DNA of 64,000 nt from Smithellaceae bacterium (GCA_963667845.2 CAXXVL010000002.1:3072001-3136000), one strand, 5' to 3'. Shown: positions 18,988-31,463, counted from the stretch's first letter. Translations and numbers: made by a program. The notes: a model not told the origin generated them from the sequence alone.

Positions 18988-21900
18988 TCATCCTTTTGGG
19001 GCACCTTCCAGTACCGGCTCAGGCAGGCGGTTTCTTTTCCCCTTAAATACTTTTATGCAAAACAGCCGGAACCGATCAAGGTATAAATAAACAACAGGCG
19101 TCGTGTACAATGTCAGTATCTGACTGACAATCAGCCCGCCCACGATAGAAATGCCCAGAGGCCTGCGCAATTCGGAACCTTCTCCCGTGAGTAATATTAG
19201 CGGCAGAGCGCCGAAAAGCGCTGCCATTGTCGTCATCATAATCGGCCGGAAACGCATCAGGCAGGCCGTAAAGATGGCTTCTTCAGGGCTTTTCCCTTCC
19301 TTTCGTTCACTCTCCAGCGCAAAATCAATCATCAATATAGCGTTCTTCTTGACGAGGCCGATTAGCAGAATGACACCGATTAGAGCCATGATGGTGAACT
19401 CCGTATTGAATATCAATAATGCCAGCAAAGCCCCCACGCCGGCGGAAGGAAGCGTAGATAAAATAGTAACCGGATGGATATAGCTCTCATAAAGAATGCC
19501 CAGCACAATGTAGATGGCGATGATTGCCGCCAGAATCAGCCATGGTTGGCTTTGTGAGGATTGCTGAAATGTCTGCGCTGTTCCCTGGAAGCTTCCACGG
19601 ACGGAACCGGGCACCCCGATGCGATCCATCGTTCTTTGTATCGATTCTGTGGCCTGAGAAAGAGATACCCCCAGGGGAAGATTAAAAGAAATCGTGGATG
19701 CTGCAAATTGTCCCTGATGGTTAACGACCAGCGGTGTATTGGTTAAACCATAATTGGCAAAGGCCAAAAGGGGAACCTGCGCTCCTTGCGGAAGTTGTGA
19801 ACTGGGAGGAATAATCAGGTAGACATCCTTTAAGGATTCCGGACTCTGCAAATTGGGTGGTGAAGCCTCCATGATCACACGGTACTGGTTTAGCGGGTTG
19901 TAAATGACGGACACCTGACGCTGGCCGAAATAGTCATTTAATGTTGTGTCCAGAATGGCTGGCGTAATGCCCATACGCGAGGCGGAGTCCCGGTCAAAAG
20001 TGACGGAGGTCTGCAATCCTCGATCCTGTTCATCCGTATTGACATCCGTTAATTCAGGAAGCTCGTTGAACGCATCCTTGATGCGTTTTTCCCATATCCG
20101 CAATTCGGTAAGGTCATCGGCCTGCAAAGTATATTGATAGGTAGCTCCACCCGCTCGTCCACCAACACGAATATCCTGAACCGACTGAAGATAAAGCCGT
20201 GCCCCCGCTTCGCGGGCCAGCTTGGGGCGCAGTCTGGCAATGACCTGTTCGGCGGAAACCTTCCGCTCATCCTTTGGTTTGAGAGAAATGAACATGAACC
20301 CGGAATTGCGTTGTCCGCCACCGGTAAACCCGGACAGGCGGTCAACAGCCGGATCTGCACGAATGATGTTCATGATCGTGATCAGTTTCCGCTGCATGGC
20401 CTGAAAAGAAATATTCTGGTCCGCCTGGATCGTGCCGACCAGGGTGCCGGTATCCTGCTGCGGGAAAAAGCCCTTCGGGATGATGATGTAGAGGAAAACA
20501 TTCAAGCAGACGACAACAAATAGAATCGACATGGTGAGACGGCCATGGCGCAGGGCCCAACTCAGCGTTCGTTTGTAAAAACTGAGAACCGCCTCAAATA
20601 TCTGCTCACTCTTTCGATAGAACCGTCCAGTGCCGAGCTCTGCTTTTGATCTCAAGAGGCGGGCGCACATCATCGGTGTTGTCGTCAATGATACGAAAAG
20701 CGAAACGAGAATGGCCGCGGAAAGTACAACGGCAAATTCGCGGAAAAGTCTGCCGATGATGCCTCCCATCAATAAAATGGGAATGAATACGGCAATCAGC
20801 GACAGGCTCATCGAGAGAACGGTGAACCCCACTTCTTTTGCTCCCAGCAACGCAGCCTTAAAAGGGGTCAGGCCGGCCTCAATATGGCGGGAGATATTCT
20901 CGAGAACAACAATCGCGTCATCAACGACAAAGCCCGTCGCCACCGTGAGCGCCATCAGGGAAAGGTTATCGAGCGTGTAACCGGCGAGATACATCACTCC
21001 AAAGGTGCCGATCAGTGATACAGGTACCGCAATACTGGGAATGAATGTCGAATATATATTTCTTAAGAACAAGAACACGACAAGAATCACCAGCGCGATG
21101 GAAATCAATAAAGTACGCTCGACCTCTTTCAGCGATGCGCGGACAGTCGGGGTGCGATCCGAGGCAATCTGCAAATTAATCGCGGCAGGTATGGAGGCTT
21201 GCAGTTGCGACAAAATCGCCTTCACGCGATCAACCGTTTCAATGACGTTGGCGCCGGGCTGCTTGTATACGATCAGTAAGACGGACGGCCTGCTGTTGAA
21301 CAACCCGGCGTTACGAACATCCTGCACCGAATCGACCACGTCGCCCAGGTCATCAAGGCGCACGGCCGCACCATTGCGATAAGACACGATCAGCGGAATG
21401 TAATCAGATGCTTTCTTGGCCTGGTCATTAGCCGTTATCTGCCAGTGTTTATCGCCTGCTTCCACGGAACCCTTGGGCCGGTTGGCATTGGATGCGGCAA
21501 TGATCAGACGCACCTGCTCCGGGCTGATGCCGTAACGGTTGAGCAGGGTCGGATTGAGCTCTACACGAACGGCGGGAAGCGAACTGCCGCCCACACGCAC
21601 CTGGCCCACACCTTTTATCTGAGAAAGTTTTTGTGACAGAATGGTATCCGCTGCATCATAGAGTTGTCCTCTGGTCATGGTATCCGAGGTAAGTGCCAGA
21701 ATAAGGATGGGAGCGTCAGCGGGGTTTACTTTACGGTAAGATGGATTACTGGGTAATCCGGAAGGCAGAAGACTGCGCGCCGCATTGATAGCCGCCTGCA
21801 CATCACGCGCTGCTCCATCGATATCCCGGTCCAGATCAAACTGCAGAGAGATCCTGGTCTGTCCCAGAGAACTCGTCGAGGTCATTTCAGTGACACCGGC

Positions 21901-22122
21901 GATCCGCCCAAGAGAGCGCTCCAGAGGCGTGGCCACCGTGGCGGCCATGGTTTCCGGGCTGGCTCCGGGAAACGAAGCCGAAACGGATATGGTTGGAAAG
22001 TCAACCTGCGGCAGCGACGCTACCGGCAGCAGGTTAAACGCAACCAGGCCGGCCAGAGCGATGCCCAGCGTAATCAGGGTCGTCGCGACAGGCCGATGAA
22101 TAAAGGGAGTGGAGATGCTCAT
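18988..22122 (-). CDS. mdtC: RND efflux transporter MdtC
   Basis: [41 protein letters not shown]; follows mdtB. Confidence 0.9.
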   Translation of the reverse strand: MSISTPFIHRPVATTLITLGIALAGLVAFNLLPVASLPQVDFPTISVSASFPGASPETMAATVATPLERSLGRIAGVTEMTSTSSLGQTRISLQFDLDRDIDGAARDVQAAINAARSLLPSGLPSNPSYRKVNPADAPILILALTSDTMTRGQLYDAADTILSQKLSQIKGVGQVRVGGSSLPAVRVELNPTLLNRYGISPEQVRLIIAASNANRPKGSVEAGDKHWQITANDQAKKASDYIPLIVSYRNGAAVRLDDLGDVVDSVQDVRNAGLFNSRPSVLLIVYKQPGANVIETVDRVKAILSQLQASIPAAINLQIASDRTPTVRASLKEVERTLLISIALVILVVFLFLRNIYSTFIPSIAVPVSLIGTFGVMYLAGYTLDNLSLMALTVATGFVVDDAIVVLENISRHIEAGLTPFKAALLGAKEVGFTVLSMSLSLIAVFIPILLMGGIIGRLFREFAVVLSAAILVSLFVSLTTTPMMCARLLRSKAELGTGRFYRKSEQIFEAVLSFYKRTLSWALRHGRLTMSILFVVVCLNVFLYIIIPKGFFPQQDTGTLVGTIQADQNISFQAMQRKLITIMNIIRADPAVDRLSGFTGGGQRNSGFMFISLKPKDERKVSAEQVIARLRPKLAREAGARLYLQSVQDIRVGGRAGGATYQYTLQADDLTELRIWEKRIKDAFNELPELTDVNTDEQDRGLQTSVTFDRDSASRMGITPAILDTTLNDYFGQRQVSVIYNPLNQYRVIMEASPPNLQSPESLKDVYLIIPPSSQLPQGAQVPLLAFANYGLTNTPLVVNHQGQFAASTISFNLPLGVSLSQATESIQRTMDRIGVPGSVRGSFQGTAQTFQQSSQSQPWLILAAIIAIYIVLGILYESYIHPVTILSTLPSAGVGALLALLIFNTEFTIMALIGVILLIGLVKKNAILMIDFALESERKEGKSPEEAIFTACLMRFRPIMMTTMAALFGALPLILLTGEGSELRRPLGISIVGGLIVSQILTLYTTPVVYLYLDRFRLFCIKVFKGKRNRLPEPVLEGAPKG

Positions 22123-25100
22123 GCTATTGTCCCGTTGCCTTCATCAGCCATCACCGGCTGACGGCCTAATTTGGCTCGAATACGACGGCTCATGCCGTCA
22201 AAAGCCAGATAGATGACGGGCGTAGTAAAAAGAGTCAATATTTGACTGAAAATCAGCCCGCCCACCATCGTAATGCCCAGGGGATGGCGCAACTCCGATC
22301 CGACCCCGGTGCCGAGCATTAACGGCAATGCGCCCAGGAGGGCGGCCATGGTCGTCATCATAATCGGCCGGAAGCGCAGCAGGCAGGCCTGATAAATGGC
22401 TTCCCGCGGCGTCTTGCCTTCTTTACGTTCGGCTTCCAGAGCAAAGTCGATCATCATAATGGCGTTCTTTTTCACGATGCCGATGAGCAGGATGATGCCG
22501 ATGATGCCGATGATGCCCAGATCGGTTCCGGAGATCATGAGCGCCAGTAGTGCACCGACCCCGGCAGACGGCAGAGTGGATAGAATGGTCATTGGGTGAA
22601 TATAGCTTTCATAAAGAATACCCAGGACGATATACACCGTGATGATGGCAGCAAGGATCAGAAAAAGCGTGCCGGTCAACGATGCCCTGAAAGCCAGGGC
22701 TGATCCCTGAAAACCTGTCTTGACGCTGATCGGCATGCCAATTTCCTGCTCGGCTTTTTCGATCGTCGAGACGGCATCTCCCAGTGATTTTCCATGCGCC
22801 AGATTAAAAGAGATGGTGGCACAGGGAAATTGCCCCTGGTGACTGACGACCAGCGAAGCCGGTTTCTCCGATATCCTTGCAATGGCCGAAAACGGAACCT
22901 GTGTCCCGGATTGGGATGCAATATATAAATCATTCAGTGCAAATGGTCCTTTTTTATAATCGGGCTTCACCTCCAGCACAACACGATACTGGTTTGATTG
23001 GGTGAATATCGTAGATACGAGGCGCTGACCGAAAGCATCATAGAGGATGTTGTCAATTCCCGCTGTTGTGATGCCGAGGCGTCCGGCGGCGCTTCGGTCG
23101 ATTTCCACATAGGCCTGCAGACCCTGATCCTGCAAATCACTGGCGACGTCCACGAGATAGGGCGAATGAGAAATCCGCTCGACCAGACGACGGGTCCAGA
23201 GAGCAAGCTCCTCGGGATCGGCGGACTCCAGCGTGAATTGATACTGGGTCCGGCTGACCCTGTCTTCAATCGTCAGATCCTGCACGGGCTGCATGTAAAG
23301 GGACATCCCTTTAACGTCCGCCGCGGCAAGCCTGGCCTGCAGGCGGCGGATGACGCCGGACGCATCGAGATCGCGTTTATTCTTCGGGATCAAATTGATC
23401 ATCATGCGCCCGCTGTTTAACGTTACATTGGTTCCATCGACACCGATAAAGGAAGACAGACTCTCGACCGCCGGGTCCTGCAAAATCAATTTAGCCAGCG
23501 CCTGCTGCCGCTCGGCCATGGCGGAAAATGAAATCGATTGCGGCGCCTCTGAGATGCCGAGGATCATACCGGTATCCTGCACGGGGAAAAAACCCTTGGG
23601 AACGATAATATATAAAAGAACGGTCAATACCAGTGTTGCAATGGCGACGGTGAGCGTCGCCTTCTGATGATTCAGAATCCAGGTAAGCATTTCACCGTAA
23701 CGCGCGATTGTCCTATCGAAAAACAAACCGCTTTGACGGTAAAAACGTCCCTGTTTCTCCTCGGGGACGTGCCGGAGCAGCTTGGAGCACATCATCGGCG
23801 TAAGGGTCAGCGAAATAACGGCCGAAATTAATATGGCGACGGCCAGAGTGATCGCAAATTCCCGGAAAAGCCGCCCCACAACGTCTCCCATGAAAAGAAG
23901 GGGAATCAGAACCGCAATCAGAGAAAAGGTCAGCGAAATGATCGTAAAGGCTATCTGCTTGGATCCTTTGAGGGCGGCTTCCAGCGGTGACAGCCCTTGT
24001 TCGATGTAACGGGCGATGTTTTCAATGACGACAATGGCATCATCGACGACGAAACCGGTCGAGATGGTCAAAGCCATCAACGTCAGGTTATTGATGCTGA
24101 AACCGAAAAGGTACATGAGCCCGAACGTTCCGATGAGCGAGAGTGGTACGGCGATGCTCGGAATGATGGTCGCGGATAGATTGCGCAGAAAAAGAAAAAT
24201 GACCATCACGACGAGCGCCACGGCAAGGAGGAGCTCAAACTGCACGTCATTTACGGATTCCCGGATGGTTGTTGTGCGGTCTGTCAAAAGGCTGACGTCG
24301 ACCGAACCCGGAAGGGATGAGCGCAACTGGGGAATTATTTTTTTAATCCGGTTGACGACTTCAATGACATTGGCGCCCGGCTGGCGCTGAATATTCACAA
24401 TGACTGCCGGCGTCTGATTTTGCCATGCCGCCAGATTAACATTCTCCGCGTCATCAAGAACATCGGCGACATCATCCAGACGCACCGGTGCACCATTGCG
24501 ATAAGCAACAATGACTTTTTCATATTCTGCTGCGATCTTGATCTGATCATTGGCGTCGATGGTGGAGGCGCGTTCCGGACCGTCAAAACTGCCTTTGGCC
24601 TGATTGACGTTCGCATTGCCGATCGTCGTGCGCAAATCCTCCAGCGTGAGCTTATAGGAGGCCAGTGCCCGGGGATTGGCCTGAATGCGTACGGCCGGTC
24701 TTTGTCCGCCGCTGATGCTGACCAGTCCGACACCCGGCAATTGCGAAATTTTTTGAGCGACGCGGGTATCGATAAGATCCTGGACTTTCGGCAACGGCAA
24801 GGTCTTTGATGTTATTGCCAAGGTCATAATCGGCGCATCAGCAGGATTCACCTTGCTATAGATGGGCGGCATCGGCAGGTCGATTGGAAGAAAGGTAGTG
24901 CTGGCGTTGATCGCCGCCTGGACTTCCTGTTCCGCAACGTCAAGATTCAGGCTCAGATTGAATTGCAGCGTAATGACGGATGCGCCGCCTGAGCTTGTCG
25001 AAGACATCTGGTTCAGTCCCGGCATCTGTCCGAATTGGCGCTCCAGAGGCGCCGTAATGGAGGAAGTGACAACGTCCGGACTTGCTCCGGGGTAAAGGGT

Positions 25101-25244
25101 TACAACCTGAATCGTCGGGTAATCAACCTGCGGCAGGGCGGAAATCGGGAGTACTCGATAACCAATGATTCCCGCGAGTAGAATGGCGACCATGAACAAT
25201 GATGTTGCCACAGGGCGCAAGATGAAGGGACGTGAAGGGTTCAT
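22119..25244 (-). CDS. mdtB: RND efflux transporter MdtB
   Basis: [30 protein letters not shown]. Confidence 0.92.
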   Translation of the reverse strand: MNPSRPFILRPVATSLFMVAILLAGIIGYRVLPISALPQVDYPTIQVVTLYPGASPDVVTSSITAPLERQFGQMPGLNQMSSTSSGGASVITLQFNLSLNLDVAEQEVQAAINASTTFLPIDLPMPPIYSKVNPADAPIMTLAITSKTLPLPKVQDLIDTRVAQKISQLPGVGLVSISGGQRPAVRIQANPRALASYKLTLEDLRTTIGNANVNQAKGSFDGPERASTIDANDQIKIAAEYEKVIVAYRNGAPVRLDDVADVLDDAENVNLAAWQNQTPAVIVNIQRQPGANVIEVVNRIKKIIPQLRSSLPGSVDVSLLTDRTTTIRESVNDVQFELLLAVALVVMVIFLFLRNLSATIIPSIAVPLSLIGTFGLMYLFGFSINNLTLMALTISTGFVVDDAIVVIENIARYIEQGLSPLEAALKGSKQIAFTIISLTFSLIAVLIPLLFMGDVVGRLFREFAITLAVAILISAVISLTLTPMMCSKLLRHVPEEKQGRFYRQSGLFFDRTIARYGEMLTWILNHQKATLTVAIATLVLTVLLYIIVPKGFFPVQDTGMILGISEAPQSISFSAMAERQQALAKLILQDPAVESLSSFIGVDGTNVTLNSGRMMINLIPKNKRDLDASGVIRRLQARLAAADVKGMSLYMQPVQDLTIEDRVSRTQYQFTLESADPEELALWTRRLVERISHSPYLVDVASDLQDQGLQAYVEIDRSAAGRLGITTAGIDNILYDAFGQRLVSTIFTQSNQYRVVLEVKPDYKKGPFALNDLYIASQSGTQVPFSAIARISEKPASLVVSHQGQFPCATISFNLAHGKSLGDAVSTIEKAEQEIGMPISVKTGFQGSALAFRASLTGTLFLILAAIITVYIVLGILYESYIHPMTILSTLPSAGVGALLALMISGTDLGIIGIIGIILLIGIVKKNAIMMIDFALEAERKEGKTPREAIYQACLLRFRPIMMTTMAALLGALPLMLGTGVGSELRHPLGITMVGGLIFSQILTLFTTPVIYLAFDGMSRRIRAKLGRQPVMADEGNGTIA

Positions 25245-25305
25245 TTATCTGCCTATAATATCGGCGAAACAGAATTATCTATGCACAAGTCAGATTCGAC
25301 ATGGT

Positions 25306-26595
25306 TTATTTTGGTAATGAAGCCGGCCTTTTTTTGCGCGAGGCAGCAGCGTTTGTCTTTTCATTACGGCCCGACGCGCCTTTACCGTCCTGCGCGGTAA
25401 TCGCCACTCTTGATCCTTCGCGGAGTTTGTCGCCGCCCACGGTCACCACATATTCTCCAGGCAGCAAACCCTCGTTGACAACTACTCTGTCGCTTTCAGC
25501 GGGTCCCAGTTTTAACATTTTTACGGTTACGCTCTTGTCCCGGTTAACCACGTAAGCAAAAGTGCCGATACTGCCTCTCTGCACTGCAGCGGTGGGCATT
25601 ACCGTTGCTTCACCGAGCGTATCCACTTTCAACCGGATATTAACAAACTGGTTGGGAAAAAGCTTATTATCCTTGTTGTCGAAAATCGCCTTCAGTTTAA
25701 TGGTTCCTGTCGTCGTATCGATCTGATTGTCTACTGCCAGCAATCTGCCGCTGGCCAGCAATACTTTGCCTTCCTGATCATAGGCCTGCACAGGTAATAT
25801 TGTTCGTCCGGCATTCCAGCGGTGCATTAGAATTGTCAAATTGTCCTGTGGTAAGGCAAAGGTTACTGTGATTGGCTGCAGTTGTGTGATCACCACAATC
25901 CCGTTGGCATCATTGACCTGAACCATATTGCCGGGATCGACTTGCTTTAGACCTACGCGTCCCGAAATGGGGGCGATCACTCGCGCATAGGTCAGCTGGA
26001 GCCTGGCATTGGCGATTTGGCCTTTATCAGTTACAACCACACCGCGGTATTGTTTTACGAGGGCTTCCTGTGTTGTAACCTGCTGCGTGGCAATGGAATC
26101 TTCAGTAAGCAATTTTTTATAAAGCGCCAGATCGGACTCAGCATTTTTTAAGAAAGCTTCATCACGGGCCAGCTGGCCTTCGGCCTGCATCAATTGCACC
26201 TGGAAAGGCCGTGGATCAATTTCTGCAATCAGGTCGCCGCGGTTAACCTGCTGTCCTTCTTTAAAGTGAACGGCAATGAGTTGTCCGCTCACCTGAGATT
26301 TGACCGTAACGGTATTCGTCGGGATGACTGTCCCCAGCCCCTTCAAATAGACATCAAAATCGGTTTTTTTCGTCATAAGGGCCACGACGGGTTGTGGACG
26401 CTGATTGGCCGACGGGGATTCTTTATTGGCTAAAGAATTCCTTATTTTTGACGCGATGAGGAGACCCGCAATAATGACAATGATGATTACTATAAGTATT
26501 ATCCAGTGACGGCGGGTAAATTTGCGAGTCCTTTTGGAAACGGATTCAGCGCTCGTTTCAGTCTTCGATGTCTGGTTCATGCGAACTTTATCCAT
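25306..26595 (-). CDS. mdtA: RND periplasmic adaptor MdtA
   Basis: GLGTV...NTVTV.S.V.G, IDPRPF, DNQID.TTGT.KLKA.F.N, LFPNQFVN. Confidence 0.9.
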   Translation of the reverse strand: MDKVRMNQTSKTETSAESVSKRTRKFTRRHWIILIVIIIVIIAGLLIASKIRNSLANKESPSANQRPQPVVALMTKKTDFDVYLKGLGTVIPTNTVTVKSQVSGQLIAVHFKEGQQVNRGDLIAEIDPRPFQVQLMQAEGQLARDEAFLKNAESDLALYKKLLTEDSIATQQVTTQEALVKQYRGVVVTDKGQIANARLQLTYARVIAPISGRVGLKQVDPGNMVQVNDANGIVVITQLQPITVTFALPQDNLTILMHRWNAGRTILPVQAYDQEGKVLLASGRLLAVDNQIDTTTGTIKLKAIFDNKDNKLFPNQFVNIRLKVDTLGEATVMPTAAVQRGSIGTFAYVVNRDKSVTVKMLKLGPAESDRVVVNEGLLPGEYVVTVGGDKLREGSRVAITAQDGKGASGRNEKTNAAASRKKRPASLPK

Positions 26596-26724
26596 TCCTT
26601 TTCTTCTTTTATTAGAATCTTTATCCTATCTTTATTACAAGTTGCACGTTGTCAAACTTTAACATGTCAGATTGCGCGAATTTAGAAAATATTTCGTTAT
26701 ATATATGATTCGAGGGAATTTATC

Positions 26725-26741
26725 ATCAAGGTTTATGCCAA
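26725..26741 (-). promoter_or_regulatory. Candidate sigma54 (-24/-12) promoter of mdtABC
   Basis: Minus strand TTGGCATAAACCTTGAT (GG-N10-GA). Confidence 0.45.
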
Positions 26742-26998
26742 CGGATGGCGCAAAAATGTAAATGCCTGTTATTCATAATTAATATCAATTATCTGATTAT
26801 CATTTATGGTCGAGTAATTATACAAGTGGATAATATTGATCCATAATCAGTATCCATGTGGATAAATTATAACCAAGCAAGAAAAAATAATGTAACGATA
26901 TGGGATGTTGGAGTAATCGTAAGTCGGAATTTGGAATAATATTCTTGATAAATTGAACGATATGATCTAATTAGCAGACCTCAAAGGAAGGAGTCCTT

Positions 26999-27910
26999 AT
27001 GTCGAGTGAGCTGATGAATACGAAGGAAGTAGCCAAGTATTTGGATATTCATGAAAAACAAGTATATCTGCTAATAAAATCCGGCAAAATTCCCTGCACT
27101 CGGGTGACCGGCAAATGGATTTTTCCCAGCAAACTTATTGATGAATGGATACATTCCAGCGCCCACGATGGTCTTCAACAGGCAAGAAAGAAAGTCAATC
27201 AAATTGAAGGAGCGCTTTTGGCTGCGGGAAGCAATGACCTGGTTCTGGATATGCTTCTTACGACGATTAAGAAAGATCACCCGGCCTTTACTATCTTTTC
27301 TGCCAATACCGGCAGCATCAATGGTCTGGAATCTCTCAACACGGGCCTTACAGACATCGCTTTTGCGCATCTCTATGATCCGCAAACGGGTGATTACAAT
27401 ATTCCTTATTTAAAACAGTATTGCCCGGATCATTCCCCCGTTGTTGTTAATCTGTTCTATCGGCAAATCGGATTTCTCATCGCAAAATCGCAATCGAATA
27501 TTTTTAGAGGCTGGGAAAGCCTGACGCAAGACGGCACCCGTTTCATTAACCGGCAGGCGGGTTCGGGGATCAGGATTCTGCTGGATCATGAACTGAAACA
27601 ACGAGGAATCGCCGCTGCTGATATTGATGGGTATGACCGCGAAGTCTTCACGCACTTTGAGGTCGGCCTTTCCCTGATTTCGAATGAATCGGATGTCGGA
27701 ATTGCCTCCGCCGCCGTGGCGAAAATATTGGATCTGGACTTTCACCCCCTGACGAGCGAGCGCTTTGACATGATCCTGGATAAGGATACTTTTTTCCAGC
27801 CGGCGATTCAGGCTTTTATTGAAACACTCCAATCCGACACGTTTAAAAACCGTGTTGAGAAAATCGGAAATTACAATTTCAAGGATGCCGGTAGAATATT
27901 GCATTCCTAA
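26999..27910 (+). CDS. Excisionase-type HTH plus PBP-like domain regulator (TaoR-like, Mo/W-responsive)
   Basis: LMNTKEVAKYL HTH_17; AGSND, GS..GL, FINRQ.GSG.R, E.FD; directly upstream of tupABC. Confidence 0.85.
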   Translation: MSSELMNTKEVAKYLDIHEKQVYLLIKSGKIPCTRVTGKWIFPSKLIDEWIHSSAHDGLQQARKKVNQIEGALLAAGSNDLVLDMLLTTIKKDHPAFTIFSANTGSINGLESLNTGLTDIAFAHLYDPQTGDYNIPYLKQYCPDHSPVVVNLFYRQIGFLIAKSQSNIFRGWESLTQDGTRFINRQAGSGIRILLDHELKQRGIAAADIDGYDREVFTHFEVGLSLISNESDVGIASAAVAKILDLDFHPLTSERFDMILDKDTFFQPAIQAFIETLQSDTFKNRVEKIGNYNFKDAGRILHS

Positions 27911-27942
27911 GATTTTTCAAAACAAAAGTAAGGAGACCGACT

Positions 27943-28809
27943 ATGAAGATTTTCAGAAGCAGCAAATGGGTCATCACGTTAATAGTTGCCGCAGCGCTTA
28001 TCGTCGTGGGCGCAGCGAATGTGCTTGCCGCGCCGAAGCAAAAGAATATTATACTCGCAACGACCACCAGCACCCAGGATTCGGGACTGCTCGATGTTCT
28101 ATTACCCATCTTTGAAAACCAGACCGGTTACTTTGTAAAAACCATCGCTGTCGGTTCCGGGCAGGCCATGGCGATGGGTCAAAAGGGGGAGGCGGACGTA
28201 TTGCTTGTCCATTCGCCGGACGCGGAAAAGAAATTTATTGAAGAAGGGTATAGTGTAAACCGCCGTTTGGTTATGCACAACGATTTTATTATTATCGGAC
28301 CGCCTGCTGACCCGGCGAAAATTAAGGGCGCGAAATCCTCGGCGGATGCACTGAAGAAGATCGCTCAGACGAATTCACTGTTTATGTCACGCGGTGACAA
28401 TTCCGGAACGCATGCGAAAGAAAAGACGCTGTGGAAGAAGGCCGGCATCATCCCCGCCGGACAGAAATGGTATCAGGAAACCGGTCTTGGAATGGGACAG
28501 ACACTGAGCGTAGCGTCGGAGAAAAAGGGATACACGCTGGCGGACCGTGGCACCTATCTCGCAACAAAGAAAAATCTGGGCCTGGAAATTCTCGTAGAAG
28601 GTGACGCATCCCTATTGAATATCTATCATGTGATTGAAGTCAGCAGTGCCAAATGGCCAAAGGCCAATGCTGAGGGCGCCAAAGCCTTTGCCGATTTTAT
28701 GCTTGCCAATAAAACCCAGCGTATCATTAAGACCTTCGGTGTCGACAAATTCGGTTCACCTCTGTTTTTCCCGGATGCGGGAAAAAAGCTCGAAGATTTA
28801 GGGAAATAG
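27943..28809 (+). CDS. tupA: Tungstate ABC transporter substrate-binding protein
   Basis: LATTTSTQDSGLL, SRGDNSGTH. Confidence 0.93.
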   Translation: MKIFRSSKWVITLIVAAALIVVGAANVLAAPKQKNIILATTTSTQDSGLLDVLLPIFENQTGYFVKTIAVGSGQAMAMGQKGEADVLLVHSPDAEKKFIEEGYSVNRRLVMHNDFIIIGPPADPAKIKGAKSSADALKKIAQTNSLFMSRGDNSGTHAKEKTLWKKAGIIPAGQKWYQETGLGMGQTLSVASEKKGYTLADRGTYLATKKNLGLEILVEGDASLLNIYHVIEVSSAKWPKANAEGAKAFADFMLANKTQRIIKTFGVDKFGSPLFFPDAGKKLEDLGK

Positions 28810-28825
28810 CCGTCAGGAGCATCGA

Positions 28826-29524
28826 GTGGATTTAATTGTTCAGGGGATCATCAAAGCATTCGAATTAATCATCAGTTTTGATCCCGAAGTCATGGGAATT
28901 ACGTGGCTGTCCTTGAAAATATCCGGGACAGCCACATTCATCAGCCTGTTCATCGGCATCTCGATAGGAACTGCGGTTGCGTTAACCAATTTTCACGGAA
29001 AACGGCTCGTTATCACCTTAATTAATACCGGGATGGGGCTGCCGCCCGTAGTCGTGGGGCTCTTTGTGACGATCCTGATCTGGCGCAGCGGCCCCTTGGG
29101 CTTTCTCGAAATTCTCTATACGCCCTATGCGATGATCATCGCGCAGGCGATAATTGCTACGCCGATTGTTATGGGGATATCGCTGGCTTCCATTCAAAAC
29201 CTGCCCCCGAATCTGCGCCTGCAGATTTTGTCACTAGGCGCCAGCCGTCTGCAGATGGTCTGGGTATTAATCAAAGAATCCAAACTTCCACTCCTTGCGG
29301 CCGTGATGGCCGGTTTTGGCGGCGTCATTTCCGAAGTCGGTGCGTCCATCATGGTCGGCGGCAATATCAAGGGATATTCGCGAGTCCTGACGACGGCCAC
29401 GGTCATGGAAACGGGCAAAGGAAACTTCGACATCGCCATTGCTCTGGGAATCATCCTACTGATCCTGGCTTTTCTCGTCAATCTCCTGCTCACGCTGATA
29501 CAGCAAAAGGAACATCTGCGATGA
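28826..29524 (+). CDS. tupB: Tungstate ABC transporter permease
   Basis: GLPPVVVGL, ISEVGA..MVGGNI. Confidence 0.92.
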   Translation: MDLIVQGIIKAFELIISFDPEVMGITWLSLKISGTATFISLFIGISIGTAVALTNFHGKRLVITLINTGMGLPPVVVGLFVTILIWRSGPLGFLEILYTPYAMIIAQAIIATPIVMGISLASIQNLPPNLRLQILSLGASRLQMVWVLIKESKLPLLAAVMAGFGGVISEVGASIMVGGNIKGYSRVLTTATVMETGKGNFDIAIALGIILLILAFLVNLLLTLIQQKEHLR

Positions 29525-30603
29525 GCAAATTAACCGTTCAGAATTTAACCGTTCGGCGTGGTGGCGCCACAGTCCTGGATATCAGGGAGTTGAATGTAGA
29601 AGAGGGGAGAATCCTTGCGTTGATCGGACCCAACGGCGCCGGAAAATCAACCCTTTTGCTCACCATGGCAGGCTTGTTGAAACCGAGTGAGGGAAGGATT
29701 TATTATCGCGGTGAGCCTGTGGACAGCAGTGCCCGTCGATCCGCCATGCGTAAGAGCGTCTGCGTTATCTTTCAGGAACCGCTGCTGCTCGCCACGTCGG
29801 TTTATAAAAACGTCGCCCTGGGCTTAAAATTCAGGCATCTCAGCACCAAGGAAATTGAAAAGAGCGTGGATGAATCACTGGAATATTTCGGCATCAGTTC
29901 ACTGGCAACTCGGTCGGCAAAAACGCTTTCCGGCGGAGAAGCGAAGCGCGTGTCGCTGGCGAGGGCATTTGCCTTAAAGCCGGAACTGATCCTCATGGAT
30001 GAAGCATTCAATTCTCTTGATCCTCCGACGCGGGAATCGCTCATTGACGACCTGCGCCACATCCTGGAGACGACAAAGATCACAGCGGTCATGGCGTTGC
30101 ATGATCGGGAAGAAACGCTGCGACTGGCACAGGATGTCGCAGTGATCGCCTGCGGTAAAATCGTTCAGTCCGGCACAACGGCTAAGATATTTAACGAACC
30201 GGATTCGGAATTTGTGGCCGGCTTTGTGGGAACGGAAACGATCCTGGAAGGAACCGTCACAGGCAGTCATCAGGGACGACTGGACATTTCGGTGGCTGGA
30301 AAGACAATCGAGGCGGTAGGTGATTTCCTGCCGGGGCAACAGGTTTTCTGTTGCATCAGGCCGGAGAACATCATCGTGTCGCCTGCGCTGCCGCAAAAGA
30401 GCAGCGCCCGCAATGTTTTCGCAGCCAAGATTCAAAAGGTTGTGCGCCAGGCATTTTTCTATAAAATGATCCTGGAGTGCGGTTTTCCCGTCGTGGCGTA
30501 TGTCACCGTTTCTTCGTTTGAAGATTTGGGCCTCCGTGAAGGTTCAACGGTTGCTGTGTCTTTCAAAGCCACTGCCGTTCATGTCATGCATCGGCACGAA
30601 TAA
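29521..30603 (+). CDS. tupC: Tungstate ABC transporter ATPase with TOBE domains
   Basis: GPNGAGKST, LSGGE, SARN...FKATAVH TOBE. Confidence 0.9.
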   Translation: MSKLTVQNLTVRRGGATVLDIRELNVEEGRILALIGPNGAGKSTLLLTMAGLLKPSEGRIYYRGEPVDSSARRSAMRKSVCVIFQEPLLLATSVYKNVALGLKFRHLSTKEIEKSVDESLEYFGISSLATRSAKTLSGGEAKRVSLARAFALKPELILMDEAFNSLDPPTRESLIDDLRHILETTKITAVMALHDREETLRLAQDVAVIACGKIVQSGTTAKIFNEPDSEFVAGFVGTETILEGTVTGSHQGRLDISVAGKTIEAVGDFLPGQQVFCCIRPENIIVSPALPQKSSARNVFAAKIQKVVRQAFFYKMILECGFPVVAYVTVSSFEDLGLREGSTVAVSFKATAVHVMHRHE

Positions 30604-30844
30604 TCGTGTTGATCTTCCTGCTTTCGAGGACACCCGGAGCATATTGAAGAGTTTTTGATCTACGTCGATCTTCCTCGCTTCCCTAAAACATCGCTGCTGA
30701 TGCCAAGGAATGTGAAAATGGTTGGCATATTCCCGGAATTAGATTATGGATGATGTAAGCGAATATTCAGAATATATCGTATTGTCGGTTTAATCTTGAA
30801 CCCATGGAGAAAACTTGAACTGGTAGAATAAAAGATCGCAGGAG

Positions 30845-31282
30845 GTGAAGGCCATTTTTAACTACAATCTTTATCTGGAAAACATTCGTTCCGGGAAGAA
30901 GGGTTTAAATCCGTACCTTGATTCTTTTAACATCACGTTAACACAACTGAGTGCCGGCCGGGCGTGCTTTACAATGCCAATACGTCCGGAATATCTCCAG
31001 GGCGCAGGATTCATGCAAGGGGGCCTGATTGTTGCGCTGGCCGATGAATCTATTGCCCATGCCATGATGACCCAACTGGCTCCCGATGAAGGTTTGACGA
31101 CGATAGAACTCAAGAGTAATTTTCTGTCAGGTATTTCCCATGGCGTGCTTCGCGCGGATGCCGCCGTTTTCAAAAAAGGCCGGAATCTGATCATCGGTGA
31201 TTGTCTGGTGACGAGTGGGGAAGGGAAGAACATCTGCCGCGTATCGGCGACTTTTATGCTGTTAAAGGAAGAAAAGAAATAA
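30845..31282 (+). CDS. PaaI-family hotdog-fold thioesterase
   Basis: QGG....LAD, TTIELK.NFL; GGAG RBS before GTG. Confidence 0.88.
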   Translation: MKAIFNYNLYLENIRSGKKGLNPYLDSFNITLTQLSAGRACFTMPIRPEYLQGAGFMQGGLIVALADESIAHAMMTQLAPDEGLTTIELKSNFLSGISHGVLRADAAVFKKGRNLIIGDCLVTSGEGKNICRVSATFMLLKEEKK

Positions 31283-31402
31283 AGACAAATAAGAGCAGAT
31301 TGATGCAATACAGCCGGGCATCGACGGGGACCCTTGGAAACAAAGTAGTCGGAGTCATGAAAAGCTGGACCAGGCGCTGTCTTTATTGATGAAAAGCACA
31401 TT

Positions 31403-31438
31403 AAAAAAGCCCTCTGAAGGAAATTATCAGAGGGCTTT
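31403..31438 (-). terminator. Intrinsic terminator of the OmpA lipoprotein gene
   Basis: AAAAAAGCCCTCTGA...TCAGAGGGCTTT. Confidence 0.75.
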
Positions 31439-31463
31439 AATTTCACAGCTTGGAAGGGGGGAT

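Noticed and set aside
18988..25244. Repeated DNA segments between the two RND genes
   Set aside because: Ordinary mdtB/mdtC paralogy
26825..26865. DnaA-box-like TGTGGATAA and AGTGGATAA as an oriC candidate
   Set aside because: Only one perfect box, with no dnaA/gidA context; better explained as transcription-factor palindromes
26999..27180. Excisionase-like HTH as a sign of a prophage
   Set aside because: It is fused to a PBP domain before tupABC; no integrase or phage genes are present
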